Source: Scyliorhinus canicula
Lineage: Eukaryota
Reading direction: 5' to 3'
NCBI RefSeq assembly: GCF_902713615.1
Contig: NC_052154.1
Location: 59,897,615-59,961,614, forward strand
DNA length: 64,000 nt
In this document: in pieces, positions 24,131 to 35,778 of the stretch
Layout of the letters: every line of letters starts with the position of its first letter
Numbering within the stretch: position 1 is the stretch's first letter
Notes under the pieces: generated by a model
The model's input: the letters and a program-made list of their open reading frames with translations, nothing else
Databases searched by the model: none
Told to the model about the DNA's origin: nothing
Position numbers and translations under genes: made by a program

Positions 24131-27100
24131 ATGGCGCGTGGAGTCCAACCAGAAATGGTGGCCACCCTGATGGTCTCCATAGCTCTGCGGGATGCCCTGC
24201 AGCTGTATAAGTGGGAGCCGCTCAAAGGGAAACTGGAAGCTGCAGCAGCAGTGCGGGCAGCAGCAGTGTGGGCAGCAGCAGAGCAGCCAGCAGCAGTGTG
24301 GGCAGCAGCAGTGCGGGCAGCAGCAGGGTGGGCAGCAGCAGAGCAGCCAGCAGCAGAGTGGGCAGCAGCAGAGCGGCCAGCAGCAGAGCAGCCAGCAGCA
24401 GTGTGGGCAGCAGCAGTGCGGGCAGCAGCAGGGTGGGCAGCAGCAGAGCAGCCAGCAGCAGTGTGGGCAGCAGCAGTGTGGGCAGCAGCAGAGCAGCCAG
24501 CAGCAGAGCAGCCAGCAGCAGAGTGGCCAGCAGCAGAGTGGCCAGCAGCAGTGCGGGCAGCAGCAGAGTGGCCAGCAGCAGTGCGGGCAGCAGCAGAGCG
24601 GCCAGCAGCAGAGCAGCCAGCAGCAGAGCAGCCAGCAGCAGAGTGGCCAGCAGCAGAGTGGCCAGCAGCAGAGTGGGCAGCAGCAGAGTGGGCAGCAGCA
24701 GAGTGGCCAGCAGCAGTGCGGCCAGCAGCAGTGCGACCAGCAGCAGTGCGGGCAGCAGCAGAGTGGGCAGCAGCAGTGCGGGCAGCAGTAAAGCGGCCAG
24801 CAGCAGAGTGGCCAGCAGCAGAGCGGCCAGCAGCAGAGCGGCCAGCAGCAGAGTGGGCAGCAGCAGTGCGGGCAGCAGTAAAGCGGCCAGCAGCAGAGTG
24901 GCCAGCAGCAGTGCGGGCAGCAGCAGAGTGGCCAGCAGCAGAGCGGCCAGCAGTAAAGCGGCCAGCAGCAGAGCGGCCAGCAGCAGAGCGGCCAGCAGTA
25001 AAGCGGCCAGCAGCAGTGCGGGCAGCAGCAGAGTGGCCAGCAGCAGAGTGGCCAGCAGCAGAGCGGGCAGCAGCAGAGCGGCCAGCAGCAGAGCGGCCAG
25101 CAGTAAAGCGGCCAGCAGCAGTGCGGGCAGCAGCAGAGTGGCCAGCAGCAGAGTGGCCAGCAGCAGAGCGGCCAGCAGCAGAGCGGCCAGCAGTAAAGCG
25201 GCCAGCAGCAGTGCGGGCAGCAGCAGTGTGGGCAGCAGCAGTGCGGGCAGCAGCAGTGCGGCCAGCAGCAGTGTGGGCGGCAGTAAAGCGGCCAGCAGCA
25301 GAGTGGCCAGCAGCAGTGTGGGCAGCAGCAGTGCGGGCAGCAGCAGAGCGGCCAGCAGCAGAGCGGCCAGCAGCAGAGTGGCCAGCAGCAGAGCAGCCAG
25401 CAGCAGTGCGGGCAGCAGCAGAGTGGGCAGCAGCAGAGTGGCCAGCAGCAGAGTGGCCAGCAGCAGTGCGGGCAGCAGCAGAGCGGCCAGCAGCAGTGCG
25501 GGCAGCAGCAGAGCGGCCAGCAGCAGAGCGAGCAGCAGCAGAGCGGGCAGCAGCAGAGCGGCCAGCAGCAGTGCGGGCAGCAGCAGAGTGGCCAGCAGCA
25601 GAGCGGCCAGCAGCAGAGCGGCCTGCAGCAGAGCGGCCAGCAGCAGTGTGGGCAGCAGCAGTGCGGGCAGCAGCAGAGCGGCCAGCAGTAAAGCGGCCAG
25701 CAGCACAGTGGCCAGCAGCAGTGCGGGCAGCAGCGGAGTGGGCAGCAGTAAAGCGGCCAGCAGCAGAGTGGGCAGCAGCAGACCGGGCAGCAGCACAGTG
25801 GCCAGCAGCAGTGCGGGCAGCAGCGGAGTGGGCAGCAGTAAAGCGGCCAGCAGCAGAGTGGCCAGCAGCAGAGTGGCCAGCAGCAGAGTGGCCAGCAGCA
25901 GAGTAGGCAGCAGCACAGTGGCCAGCAGCAGTGCGGGCAGCAGTGGAGTGGGCAGCAGTAAAGCGGCCAGCAGCAGAGTGGGCAGCAGCAGAGCGGCCAG
26001 CAGCAGAGCGGCCAGCAGCAGAGTGGCCAGCAGCAGTGTGGGCAGCAGCAGAGTGGCCAGCAGCAGTGTGGGCAGCAGCAGAGTTGCCAGCAGCAGTGTG
26101 GGCAGCAGCAGTGCGGGCAGCAGCAGAGCGGCCAGCAGCAGTGTGGGCAGCAGCAGTGCGGGCAGCAGCAGAGTGGCCAGCAGCAGTGTGGGCAGCAGCA
26201 GTGCGGGCAGCAGCAGAGCGGCCAACAGTAAAGCGACCAGCAGCAGTGTGGGCAGCAGCAGAGCGGCCAGCAGCAGAGCGGACAGCAGCAGAGCGGCCAG
26301 CAGCAGTGCGGGCAGCAGCAGTGCGGGCAGCAGCAGTGTGGGCAGCAGTGAAGCGGCCAGCAGCAGTGCGGGCAGCAGTAAAGCGGCCAGCAGCAGAGCG
26401 GCCAGCAGCAGTGCGGGCAGCAGTAAAGCGGCCAGCAGCAGAGCGGCCAGCAGCAGTGCGGGCAGCAGTAAAGTGGCCAGCATCAGAGCGGGCAGCCCGT
26501 GAGCGACCAGCAGTAGAGAGGGCTGCAGAGGGGCAGGTGGCAGCGCACAAGCTGGAGGGGCGGCCGCCTAACAAGCTGAGGACGGGGAGGTGCCAAGAAG
26601 GCACCGCATGAGTACTCATGTGTACCAGCAGCGTCTGACATTCGAGAACCTGCCGGACCGGGCATGCTATCGGAGACTACAGCTGAGCAGAGAGACAGTG
26701 CAACACATCTGCCGTATGATGGCACACCTGGTCCCAAGGGGGTATGGGGGAGGCCAACCGGTCCCGGCGACCGTCAAGGTGACAGTCGCCCTGAACATCT
26801 ACTCCAGGATCCGAGTCTGGGACCTGTCTGGGATCTCACAGACCTCAGCGTACAGGTGCATCCGCGTTGACACGGAGGCCCTATATGCCCAGGCGCATCA
26901 TTACATCCATTTCCATTTGGACTGAGCCCACCAGGATGCCCAGGCACCAAGGACCGCCACCATTGCTGGGTGCCCCTGGTTCAGGGGGCGATAGTAAGGA
27001 TGCATATCACCCTACGGGCACCTGCAGATAACAGGCCGCTCTACACTAACTGAAGGGTGTACCACTCAATGAACATCCAGCTGGTCTGTGACCATCAGCT

Positions 27101-27527
27101 GCGCGTTGTACACCTGTGCACCGATACCTGGGCAGCGTGTACGACGCCTTCAAGCTGGCACACTCGGTGATCCCTGACATGCTCGAGGGGCACGCCCTCC
27201 GGCTGAGGGGGTGGCTCCTGGGCGACAGGGGTTACCAGCTGCAATGACGCGCATACAGCAACCAGGAGTGTGATCGAGCAGTGCTTCGGCATCCTGAAGA
27301 CGTGCTTCAGGTGGCTGGACCGCCCTCAAAGGGCCCTCCAGTACAAAGCTAAGAGGCATGCCCGCACTGTGGCGGCCTGTTGCATCCTCCACTATATCGC
27401 ACAGCAGAGGGATGAGGGGGAGGATAAGCAGGACGTGGGACCCAGACAGGCAAGGGAGGCCGCACGATGTATGCGTCAGAGCCAACGCGCACAGGACGCT
27501 CTGGTCACCCTCAGGTTCACCGATTAG
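24131..27527 (+). pseudogene. Harbinger (HARBI1-like, DDE_Tnp_4) transposase pseudogene with N-terminal minisatellite expansion
   Basis: VYQQRLTF...RLQLSRETVQHIC, VKVTVALN, GISQTSAYRCI, HSMNIQLVCD, WLLGDRGY, RSVIEQCFGILK...ACCILH; stops, frameshifts and deletions present. Start codon approximate. Confidence 0.85.
24241..26490. repeat. 15-bp CAG-rich minisatellite, ~150 units
   Basis: Consensus G(C/G)CAGCAGCAG(A/T)G(C/T)G; register kept for 2.25 kb. Confidence 0.97.
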
Positions 27528-28672
27528 GAGGGATGAGTGTCGGGAGGGCAGTTGGCCAGTGGCAAAGACACCACATCCCAAACACATACCCCCTCAAATC
27601 CCACTCTGCGAAACCTCCTGCTTGCACCACCTTCCATTATGCATACCTGCAACGCCATGAGGTGAGGGCGCTGGGTTGGCAGTAATCGTGGGTCTGGTTG
27701 ATGGGATGGAGGATGATGACAACCCACTCTGCGATGAGCACTGGTGTTCCGCATCGTATGACAATGTCTGACTCATGCCCACATAGCACCTTCCACCTGG
27801 CTGATCCCTACATGCGAACTGGTCATTCCATCTCAAGGTCGCACCAAATTCCTGGGATGGGTGTGCTGGGGATGGTCAGGGTGTGGGGGGAGGGGGGAGC
27901 TAGGTCCACCCACAGGACCAGGACCAGTCCCCTGCAACCCCCCCCCCCCACCTTACAAGCCCTAACACTATACCTAGGTGGTTCCCCAGACAGGAGTGAA
28001 GGTGGACTGCTAAGGCTCCTGCCCTGCGACAAGGGTCCCCGTTGGCACATGTCCCACAGGGCAACCCAGCCTGGATGGGCACAGCCACCTGGCCCTGCCA
28101 GTCCTGGAGGCCTGCACTGGTCTTGGCCAGCGACTGCACGCTTGCGGCCATGGAGCACACGGAGTGGACCATCTGCGTCTGGTACTGCACCACATTACGC
28201 TGCGATTGTGCCACCACCCTCTGGGTCTGTGTCACATCAGCCAGTGACTAGGCCACCTCCCTCTGGGACTGGGCCACCTCGCTCAGTGTCTGCGCCACGC
28301 CGACCAGCGCCTGGATAATGCTGCCAATGTTCCCAGCCATGGCCTGCTGTGACTGGGCCACGCTGAGGATCGGCACTGAAATGGCCAGGTTTCTCTGGCA
28401 CATGGCTGCCTGTGAGAGGGCAGTCCTGTCCTGTGCCTCAGCCACCTCCTGCACAGAATGCCCCAGGCCATGGGCACGCTGATCCATAGCCGAAACCATC
28501 GCCCCCAATGTCTCCACCGCGGGCGCCACCCGTGCGTGTTGGCCTGGGTACACATGGCCGGCACCAACCCCTGCTCCTGCATGCGATTGGTGTCTTCCAC
28601 CTGCGCCCGCAGGTGCTGGATGCTCGCTGACATCCCCTCTTGTGGCCCCTGGCACTCTGACGGCAGTGGTTC

Positions 28673-29175
28673 CGTTCTCATTACACAGTACCCAATTTAG
28701 GATGGTCTGATCTCGAGTTGGTTCCTCAATGTATTGGTCCAGAAAACCATTCCCTGTGCACTCCATGAATTCCTCCTCTACAGTATTGTGACTAATTTGA
28801 TTTGCCCAATTTATATGCAGATTAAAATCACCCATAATTACAGATGTTCCTTTATTGCATGTGTCTCCAATTTCCTATTTAATTACTTGTCCTATTCCCA
28901 ATACTTTTCATGGTGGCCCTGTTTGAATCTGACCCTTGTTTTCTCTGCCTATCACTTTACCTATTCCCCTTTTTGTCTTTTGTTTTTGTCCTTTATTCCC
29001 CCTCCTTTGAATACTTGCATGGGTTCCCATCATCCTGCCTTTTTAGTTTAAATCCTTGCCAGCCACTCAAGCAAATACTCCCTCAGGACATCCCGTCCTG
29101 CCCAGGTATAACCTGTTCAGTTTGTACTGGTCCGACTTCTCCCAGAACTGGTTCCAGTGCCCCAGGAATCAGAAA
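28673..29175 (-). mobile_element. CR1 LINE 5' fragment (ORF1 end and endonuclease start)
   Basis: MGDFNLHINW...FLDQYIEEPTRDQTILNWVLCN endonuclease motif. Confidence 0.75.
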
Positions 29176-31216
29176 CCTGGGAAATAGCAGCTGTTAAATC
29201 CACAGGAAACATAAGTTGCATTTTTTATTTCTTCTCAATGGAATGTTCCAAGAAAAAAATATATTTTAATAATCTGACCAGCTCAGCAGGTTAACTCCCA
29301 GCCTTGGTAAATTTCATGTATATTTGGCAGGCACAAAGGGAGAAGGGGTCACTTTACCTCCCAACTCCATCTTGTTTCAAAGTAAATTGTTCATTTTCCA
29401 TCCTCCTTTTAAAAGTAATGTCCATGCTCTGCCCCATAAAACCACACGTACACCTGCATGTGTATGATAACATGGACAGCAATGATTCAAGAACGTGGTT
29501 CACCATTAACTTTTCAGTGGCAATAAAGAATGCCAGATGGGCTGTACAGGTAGCAGTTTGCCCCGGGATCTGACTTTTAATATGGTACATGATTGAATTT
29601 CATGGCCACTGTACAATCTGTAGTTCATCCAATGCCTCAGCATTTCATGAACAAATTTGCTGTTGAACTTGCCATTGTAACTGGCATTGTAGATCAGACG
29701 GGCATTGTAGACTCAACCTGATCTTCACTTTCACTGAATAATGCATGGCTTTTATGATGAACGGCCAATCCATAATGCCAGTTTTGTGCCAGGGCAACAA
29801 ATTGAAAACTTGTCCACTCCCTTCTTCAACCTTCCAATTCACATTGCCTCTCTCCTCACTCTTCAGTTCAATTTGTCACTGTTCTCCCTTTCCTTTTCTT
29901 TTTCTTTCACTCTTCTCCATTCAAGTTGATAGTTTTCTCTTCCTCGCCGCCCCACCACTAAGAGTAAATGCTGACACTTTTGACCTCTTTCGCAAGTAAT
30001 GCCAGCACTCCTCTTACCCAGTGCTAAGCCATTCATGCTGGCATTCTACGTCCACCCCATCCTAATTCCACTGTCTTCTTCCTTTCTCCCAGCTTCTGAC
30101 CCTTTTCTACTCTGCGGGTATTTCAATATTTCCTTTCTGACTTTCCATTTACTCCCAAACTGATTGTTGTTAATTTTCCTCTTCTCTCTCCCAACATGGT
30201 CATACGTTGTTGCCTCGTTCAATGCATTCCACTTCATCCCTTCTTTCCTGGGTGTCTACTTCCCCTTCCACATCAACTTCCCTCTTGCCATATGTTCTGT
30301 CCTCTCCCTTTCCTATACCATTCATTTGCCCAACGTGTTGGCCTTGATCTTCTGTCCTCTCTCCCTCCTCTTGTCTTCTGTCCCAAAGCTTTATTTTCCC
30401 TTCTTTCCTCTCCCATCAACATTCCTTTGCTGTCAGCTGCTCAGACTCATATTTTGTGGCTAGTGCACTGGACAGGTCGTGCTTCTCTACTTAATGCTGT
30501 CTCTAGCATGATAATGGTCCAGCTTGTTGTCTCTGTAAACTGGATGAATTCTCTTGTGTACGCAAAAGGAAGTAAACTGGGTCATTTGCCTAGGCAGTTT
30601 GAAAAGAGGGGAAGAAGGACTTTGCTGGTGCATCAAGTTATCAGACTCAAATCGGTGCAAGTGGGGGGAAATGGATGCTTATCGGGTGAAGCAATATGAG
30701 CTAAAGAGGAAATAAAGACACGTTGATAAGGCCACCAAAATGCCTTATCATTTATGTTGGCAGTTTGAGTTCTGCAAGTGGTGCAGAATCCTCAGTACTG
30801 TTGGACAGTAAAAGGAAATATTTTGAAAAATCATTGATAACCCATTATTGATAGCCCACCATAAATAGGCATGCACGATGACATATGTGTAAATATTTAG
30901 CCTTGTTTTAAAAAATTAAAATGCTTTTTCTATGGCTGCTGCTAACAACATAGTTAACGCGTAGTTATATTAAGGCAAGGACTTTCCTGCAAGGGCTTTC
31001 TGTCTCCTTTGGCATCAGGAGAGCCCCTTTGTTAAATATTCTATAAACAATCTTTCTATTTCCACCGTACATTTGATCGGTTTAATATTCTTTCTGATTT
31101 TACACCTAATACCATTGGATGCCCCTCTAATCCCCTACTATATTAAAACATTTCAAAAGTACATCATTGGCTGTAAAGCACATTGGGATGTCCTGGCATC
31201 ATGAAAGACACCACAC

Positions 31217-31772
31217 GAGCATGATTCAACAACAGTGTTGAGCGTGGCGCGGATCCAGGCGCAACAAGTAAATCGCGCAAGCGCCCCAAATCGGCACCTA
31301 GACTTGCTCTAGCCGGCACAATCTGGATCTCGCCCTCACTGAGTGAGGTCTACATCACCATATTTAAATGATCCATTGCCTGGATAGTGGTGCCACATTG
31401 GCACTTTCAGGGTTCTGGCCTGGCGGGGCGTGAGCCTTTCACATTGGAGGGAAAGTAAGGATGTCTGACAGGGGAGGGGGTTCCCAGGGTCCTTGACAAA
31501 GTTGGGCGGTCAAGTGGGGGTCAATAAAGTGGTCGGGTCCTGAAAGGGTGGGAAAAAGGTTGCGTTTGCCATTCAAAATGTGAACAACCATTCCTGAGCT
31601 CGCCAGCAGGAAATTATCCTGAGTGTGGCCTTCATGGGAGAAACTCCCCGAGGCCAAAAAAGAAGCAAAGCGCTATTGAATAGCGGGGTGATTCTCGGCT
31701 CTGCAGCTGCCAAGGAACACCCCGCCAAATGTACCTAAAAGCAGACTTAAAGCTTTGTCCGCTGAATTGCCC
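31217..31772. mobile_element. Degraded Harbinger-like MITE
   Basis: GC-rich island in AT-rich DNA with weak inverted ends (GATTCAAC / GCTGAATTGCCC). Confidence 0.4.
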
Positions 31773-32639
31773 TTGGTAGAGCAGCAATCATTGACACTCT
31801 TAGATATGAGTGCTGCTTGAGTGGGCACAATTACTTGACCAGCCTGATTCCAAACATGTCAATTGAGCTCAAACTAAATGATCTCAGCTGCGAAAGAATT
31901 TTCATCTTTCACATGTTTTTTCCATTTGCCTGGCTATTTTCTTCACCCCCACACATCTCCCTATGCATCCCCAAAAACTGTTCCCCGTGCCCGATGGTTC
32001 CCTTCCCACCTTTGCCCCCTGCACTGTTCCCCATGCTCCGAGGTTCCCTTCCCTCCCTTCTCCCTTACACAGTTCCCCTGTCCCAAAGTTCCCTTCCCTC
32101 CCTGCCCACCTGCACTGTTACCTGATCCCCGGTGTAAGTGTAATGAGAATTGCCGATTTGCTTTTTTGCCGGATGCAGAATCTTTCATGGACACTGGCTG
32201 TGGATGCCCTCCACATCCATATGGAGCCAAATCCTGCAGCAGGTGACATATGTGACCAACCAGTTCCCTGGATATATGCAGTCTTTGGCAACACTGATTC
32301 TATCATCTGCAGGAATGATAAGCGTTGGCTGTGGGGCAGCACAGTAGAATAGTGGTGCATTCCTAATGATAGACACTTGTCAATATGTGCTTAAACATAA
32401 AGCATACCCCAGCCACCTTTCTAAGGGAATCCTTGAGCTCACTAAATTGCCCAATGGTTCTGCCAAACCATAGCACGCATTGACCTTACAAGACCTTGGA
32501 GTGCATGTTAAGACAATGCCTACGCCTGAGATGAGAGTTCAGGATGCAGTCCAGTGGCTGCCGCTGCTGCCACTCTGTCATGTGCTGTGTGGGGTGGTGA
32601 TGGGCTAGTTATAGACAACCATCATGCATAGTAAACACT

Positions 32640-33530
32640 GGGCATCCATGTGGTGGCCAGAGCTCTGTGGATTTATAAAGGGTTCTTGAGAGGCGCCCGC
32701 AGGTGGTGACTTGACAAAGAGTGGTTCTTAGCAGACAAATTCTGACCATTGCGTCTCTCTCTTTGATACTGCAGTGAGGCAACCATCAGGAAGATGGAGC
32801 CTGGTGATCTCGCAATCTGCCTCATTGCTTAGAGGCAGGAAAGAAGACGGAGAAGAATGCAATGGCAACGCTTGGCTCACCAAAGGCAGGTGCAGACCCC
32901 TCAAGGGAAAGGGGCAGCAGGGCCTCCTCTGCATGCAAAGGATGAACTCCCGCAAGCTGTTTCCTATAGGTGCATCAATAGACCCAGGAACTATAATAAT
33001 AATAATAATCTTCATTGTGACAAGTAGGCTTACATTAACACTGTAATGAAGTTACTGTGAAAATCCCCTAGTCGCCACAATCTGACGCCTGTTTGGGTAC
33101 ACAGAGGGAGAATTCAAAATGTCCAAATTACTGAATAGCATGTCTTTCGAGACTTGTGGGAGGAAACCGGAGCACCCGGAGGAAACCCACACAGACATGA
33201 GGAGACCGTGCAGACTCCGCACAGACAGTGACCCAAGCTGGGAATCGAACCCGGGACCCTGGCGCTGTGAAGCCATAGTGCTAGCCACTATGCTACCGTG
33301 CTGCCCCACAGCCAACGCTTATCATTCCTGCAGATGATAGAATCAGTGTTGCCAAAGATTGCATATATCCAGGGAACCGGTTGGTCACATATGTCACCTG
33401 CTGCAGGATTTGGCTCCATATGGATGTGGAGGGCATCCACTGCCAGTGTCCGTGAAAGTGACCACAGATCTCAATCTTTATGCCAATGGCCCCATCCAGT
33501 GCTCCACAGCTGACCACTGCAGGATCTCAG
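32640..33530 (+). mobile_element. Third Harbinger transposase fragment (N-terminal), interrupted by a SINE
   Basis: HISREPVGHICHLLQDLAPYGCGGHPLPVSVKVTTDLNLYA aligns by eye with 26680-26800. Confidence 0.7.
32993..33306 (-). mobile_element. tRNA-derived SINE with (ATT)n-ending tail
   Basis: GGGGCAGCACGGTAGC head; tail GTGGCGACTAGGGG...CCTACTTGTCACAAT-(ATT)n. Confidence 0.88.
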
Positions 33531-33965
33531 GGGAGGCAATGGCGTAGTGGTATTGTCGCTGGACTAGTAATCCAGAGACCTGGGGAAATGCTCTGGGGGC
33601 CGAGTTTGAAACCCGCCAGGGCAGATGGTGGAATTTGAATTCAATGACAAAGTCTAATGATGACCATGAAACTGTTGACAATTGCCGTAAAAGCCCATCT
33701 GGCTCACTAGTGTTCTTTAGGGAATGAAATCTGTCGTCCTTACCTGGTCTGGCCTACATGTACCGGCCTCCCTGAACAGGTGCCGGAATGTGGCGACTAG
33801 GGGCTTTTCACAGTAACTTAATTGAGCCTACTTGTGACAATAAGCGATTATTATTATGTGACTCCGGACCCAGCAATGTCGTTGACTCTTAAATGCCCTC
33901 AGAGATGGGCAATAAATGTTGGCCCAGCCAGTGATGCCCACATCCCATAAACGAACAAAGAAAAA
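33530..33965 (-). mobile_element. CR1/L2-group LINE 3' end with a SINE tail (33760-33857) inserted
   Basis: Resembles LINE 3' UTR sequence; nested tail matches 17875-17965. Confidence 0.55.
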
Positions 33966-34062
33966 AATTCTTGATCAGTTTATTATATTCTATTGCTAAT
34001 CTGTTCAATTTTAAACTCACAGCCTAGTATTCACAGCAAAATATATCACCCAGAATGTGAGA

Positions 34063-34358
34063 ATTGCTGAAAAGAGAGACATGTTGTCGAGCCTTCTTAT
34101 ATTGCACTCCTCAGGAGAGAATCGCAAAATTACCAAATTTCAAAGAGGAAAAATCAAATTTATACTGCATGGGAAATGATCCCTGGTGCATTATCCATGG
34201 CAATGCATCGACTAATCAGAATCAACTTGCCAAACAATTAGGACTCTTTTGTCATGCAATACAAATTTGTTGTTTCCTTTGAAGTTGGTATTATTGCAAT
34301 TATGACCTGATGAGTGCAAAATTGAAAGTTTTGATAGCTTGTCCCTTTTGTCAGCAAT
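34063..34358. repeat. ~296-bp element with ~53-bp terminal inverted repeats, each carrying a degenerate hammerhead-like core
   Basis: ATTGCTGA...TTGCACTCCTCAGG on the left and CCTGATGAGTGCAA...TCAGCAAT on the right. Confidence 0.65.
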
Positions 34359-34624
34359 ATAGCAAATGGGAGGTATGTACCTGGCATTCAGGATCACTGT
34401 AAATGGGGGAGGGGATCTCATATCACAGAATCACCCAATCACCGAATTGTTACGGTGCATGAGGCCTTTCAGCCCATCATGCCTGCACTGGCTCTCAATG
34501 TCTTGGCCTCTGATAGCAAGGCAATGAGTCTTAAGGTTTTGTTGCACTGAAGAGGGTGCTAAATCTATATAACTGGGGTGTGCCAGTACCAAGTAATAAT
34601 TCTGGAGTTTGACTGAGGTATCAT

Positions 34625-34812
34625 GGGTGGCATCCTCCTTCCCGCCGCACCCGTTTTCTGGTGCAGCATGCCTTCGTCGGCAGCGGGATTCTCCGACCTG
34701 GCAGCCGGCCAATGGGGTTTCCCATTGTGGGCACCCCCACACCGTCGGGAAATCCACGGGCGCGAGTGTGCTGCCGGCGAAACAGAGGATTCCACCGACG
34801 GAGAATCCAGCA
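34625..34812. mobile_element. Short Harbinger-type MITE
   Basis: Ends GGGTGGCATCCTCC / GGAGAATCCAGC, same TIR family as 6631-7372. Confidence 0.55.
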
Positions 34813-34940
34813 GCTTAGATTTTGGCAAATTGCAGAAGAAAAACCTACATTTTGACAGTAATGGAGTCTGGGCTGTGGTTTTGGGCTGCAGTAAAAGGGA
34901 AGCAATGAAGGTCTTGCTGTCTTATAACATGATGAATAGC

Positions 34941-35178
34941 TGTTAGATCCGCGCGTAAGTCGTAGGTTGTAGGTTAGGGCATAAAGAGGTTTATTATTAT
35001 TTACAATCAAATCACCACCACTCCGTGGAGAGTCTCTTTGCAGGTCGGGGATTTTATATTAGAGGGGCTACACCAGTTAAGAGAAAGCCCCTCCCCTTTA
35101 CCGAGGAAGTTCATATTCCCCAGAGGGCACAGGAAACCTGATGGTTCCAATACTGTAACCTCTGCTGGGGTTATAACA
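34941..35178. mobile_element. Possible solo LTR
   Basis: TGTTA...TAACA termini; minus-strand AATAAA and TATAAAA; no clear TSD. Confidence 0.4.
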
Positions 35179-35324
35179 GAAGCAATCGGAAACACATGAT
35201 GATTGAAATGGGGCTAACTTTTCTGTCCTGCTTGCCCGTTTATGTAATATCACAATCCTCAAAAAATAACAGAGATGTTTAATGGACATTTCTGCAAGGC
35301 TGGTCAATGAGCAAAGAAAACTCT

Positions 35325-35778
35325 TTTTTTTAAATTTAGAGTACTCAATTCTTCTTTTCAAATCAAGGGACAATTTAGTCCATCTACCCTGCACATCTTT
35401 GGGTTGTGGGGGTGACACCCACACAGACACAGGGAGAATGTGGAAACTCGGGGCGGCAGGTGGCGCAGTGGATAGCACTGGGACTACGCTGCTGAGGACT
35501 TGGGTTTGAATCCCGGCCCTGGGTCACTGTCCATGTGGAGTTTGCACATTCTCCCCATGTCTGCGTGGGTTCCCCCCCCCCCCCCCCCCCCACAATCCAA
35601 AAATGTGCAGATTAGGTGGATTGGCCATGCTAAATTGCCCCTTAAATTGGAAAAAATAATTGGGTAGCCTAAATTTATATAAAAGAGAATATGCAAACTC
35701 CGCACGGACAGTAACCAGGTTCCCAGATCGTACCCGGGTCCTTGGCGCCGTGAGGCAACAGTGCTAACCACCATGCCA
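35325..35778 (-). mobile_element. Poly-A-type SINE hosting a second SINE
   Basis: The two halves of one SINE flank 35450-35684. Confidence 0.8.
35450..35684 (+). mobile_element. Poly-A-type SINE nested in an inverted copy of the same family
   Basis: 16-bp TSD GAGAATRTGSAAACTC at 35434-35449 and 35685-35700 (2 mismatches). Confidence 0.85.

Larger units (their letters stand above)
23323..28672. mobile_element. PIF/Harbinger transposon 2 (transposase plus convergent 3' end of Myb-like gene), truncated
   Basis: HARBI1-like transposase remnants on +; minus-strand region 27960-28670 homologous to the ORF 527-1438 protein. Confidence 0.85.

Noticed and set aside
24241-26490. CRISPR-like array
   Set aside because: No unique spacers, eukaryotic context, no cas genes.
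24089-26619. Four long ORFs (605-834 aa) as novel Ala/Ser/Leu-rich proteins, or the QQQCG frame as a cornification-type protein
   Set aside because: They are translations of a stop-poor 15-bp minisatellite; only the frame linked to the transposase leader has supporting context.
26590-27527. Host HARBI1 gene
   Set aside because: Multiple stops, frameshifts and deletions; paired with a convergent Myb-like gene as in transposons.
29354-29590. Possible minus-strand exon (78-aa ORF)
   Set aside because: No recognisable domain and no partner exons.
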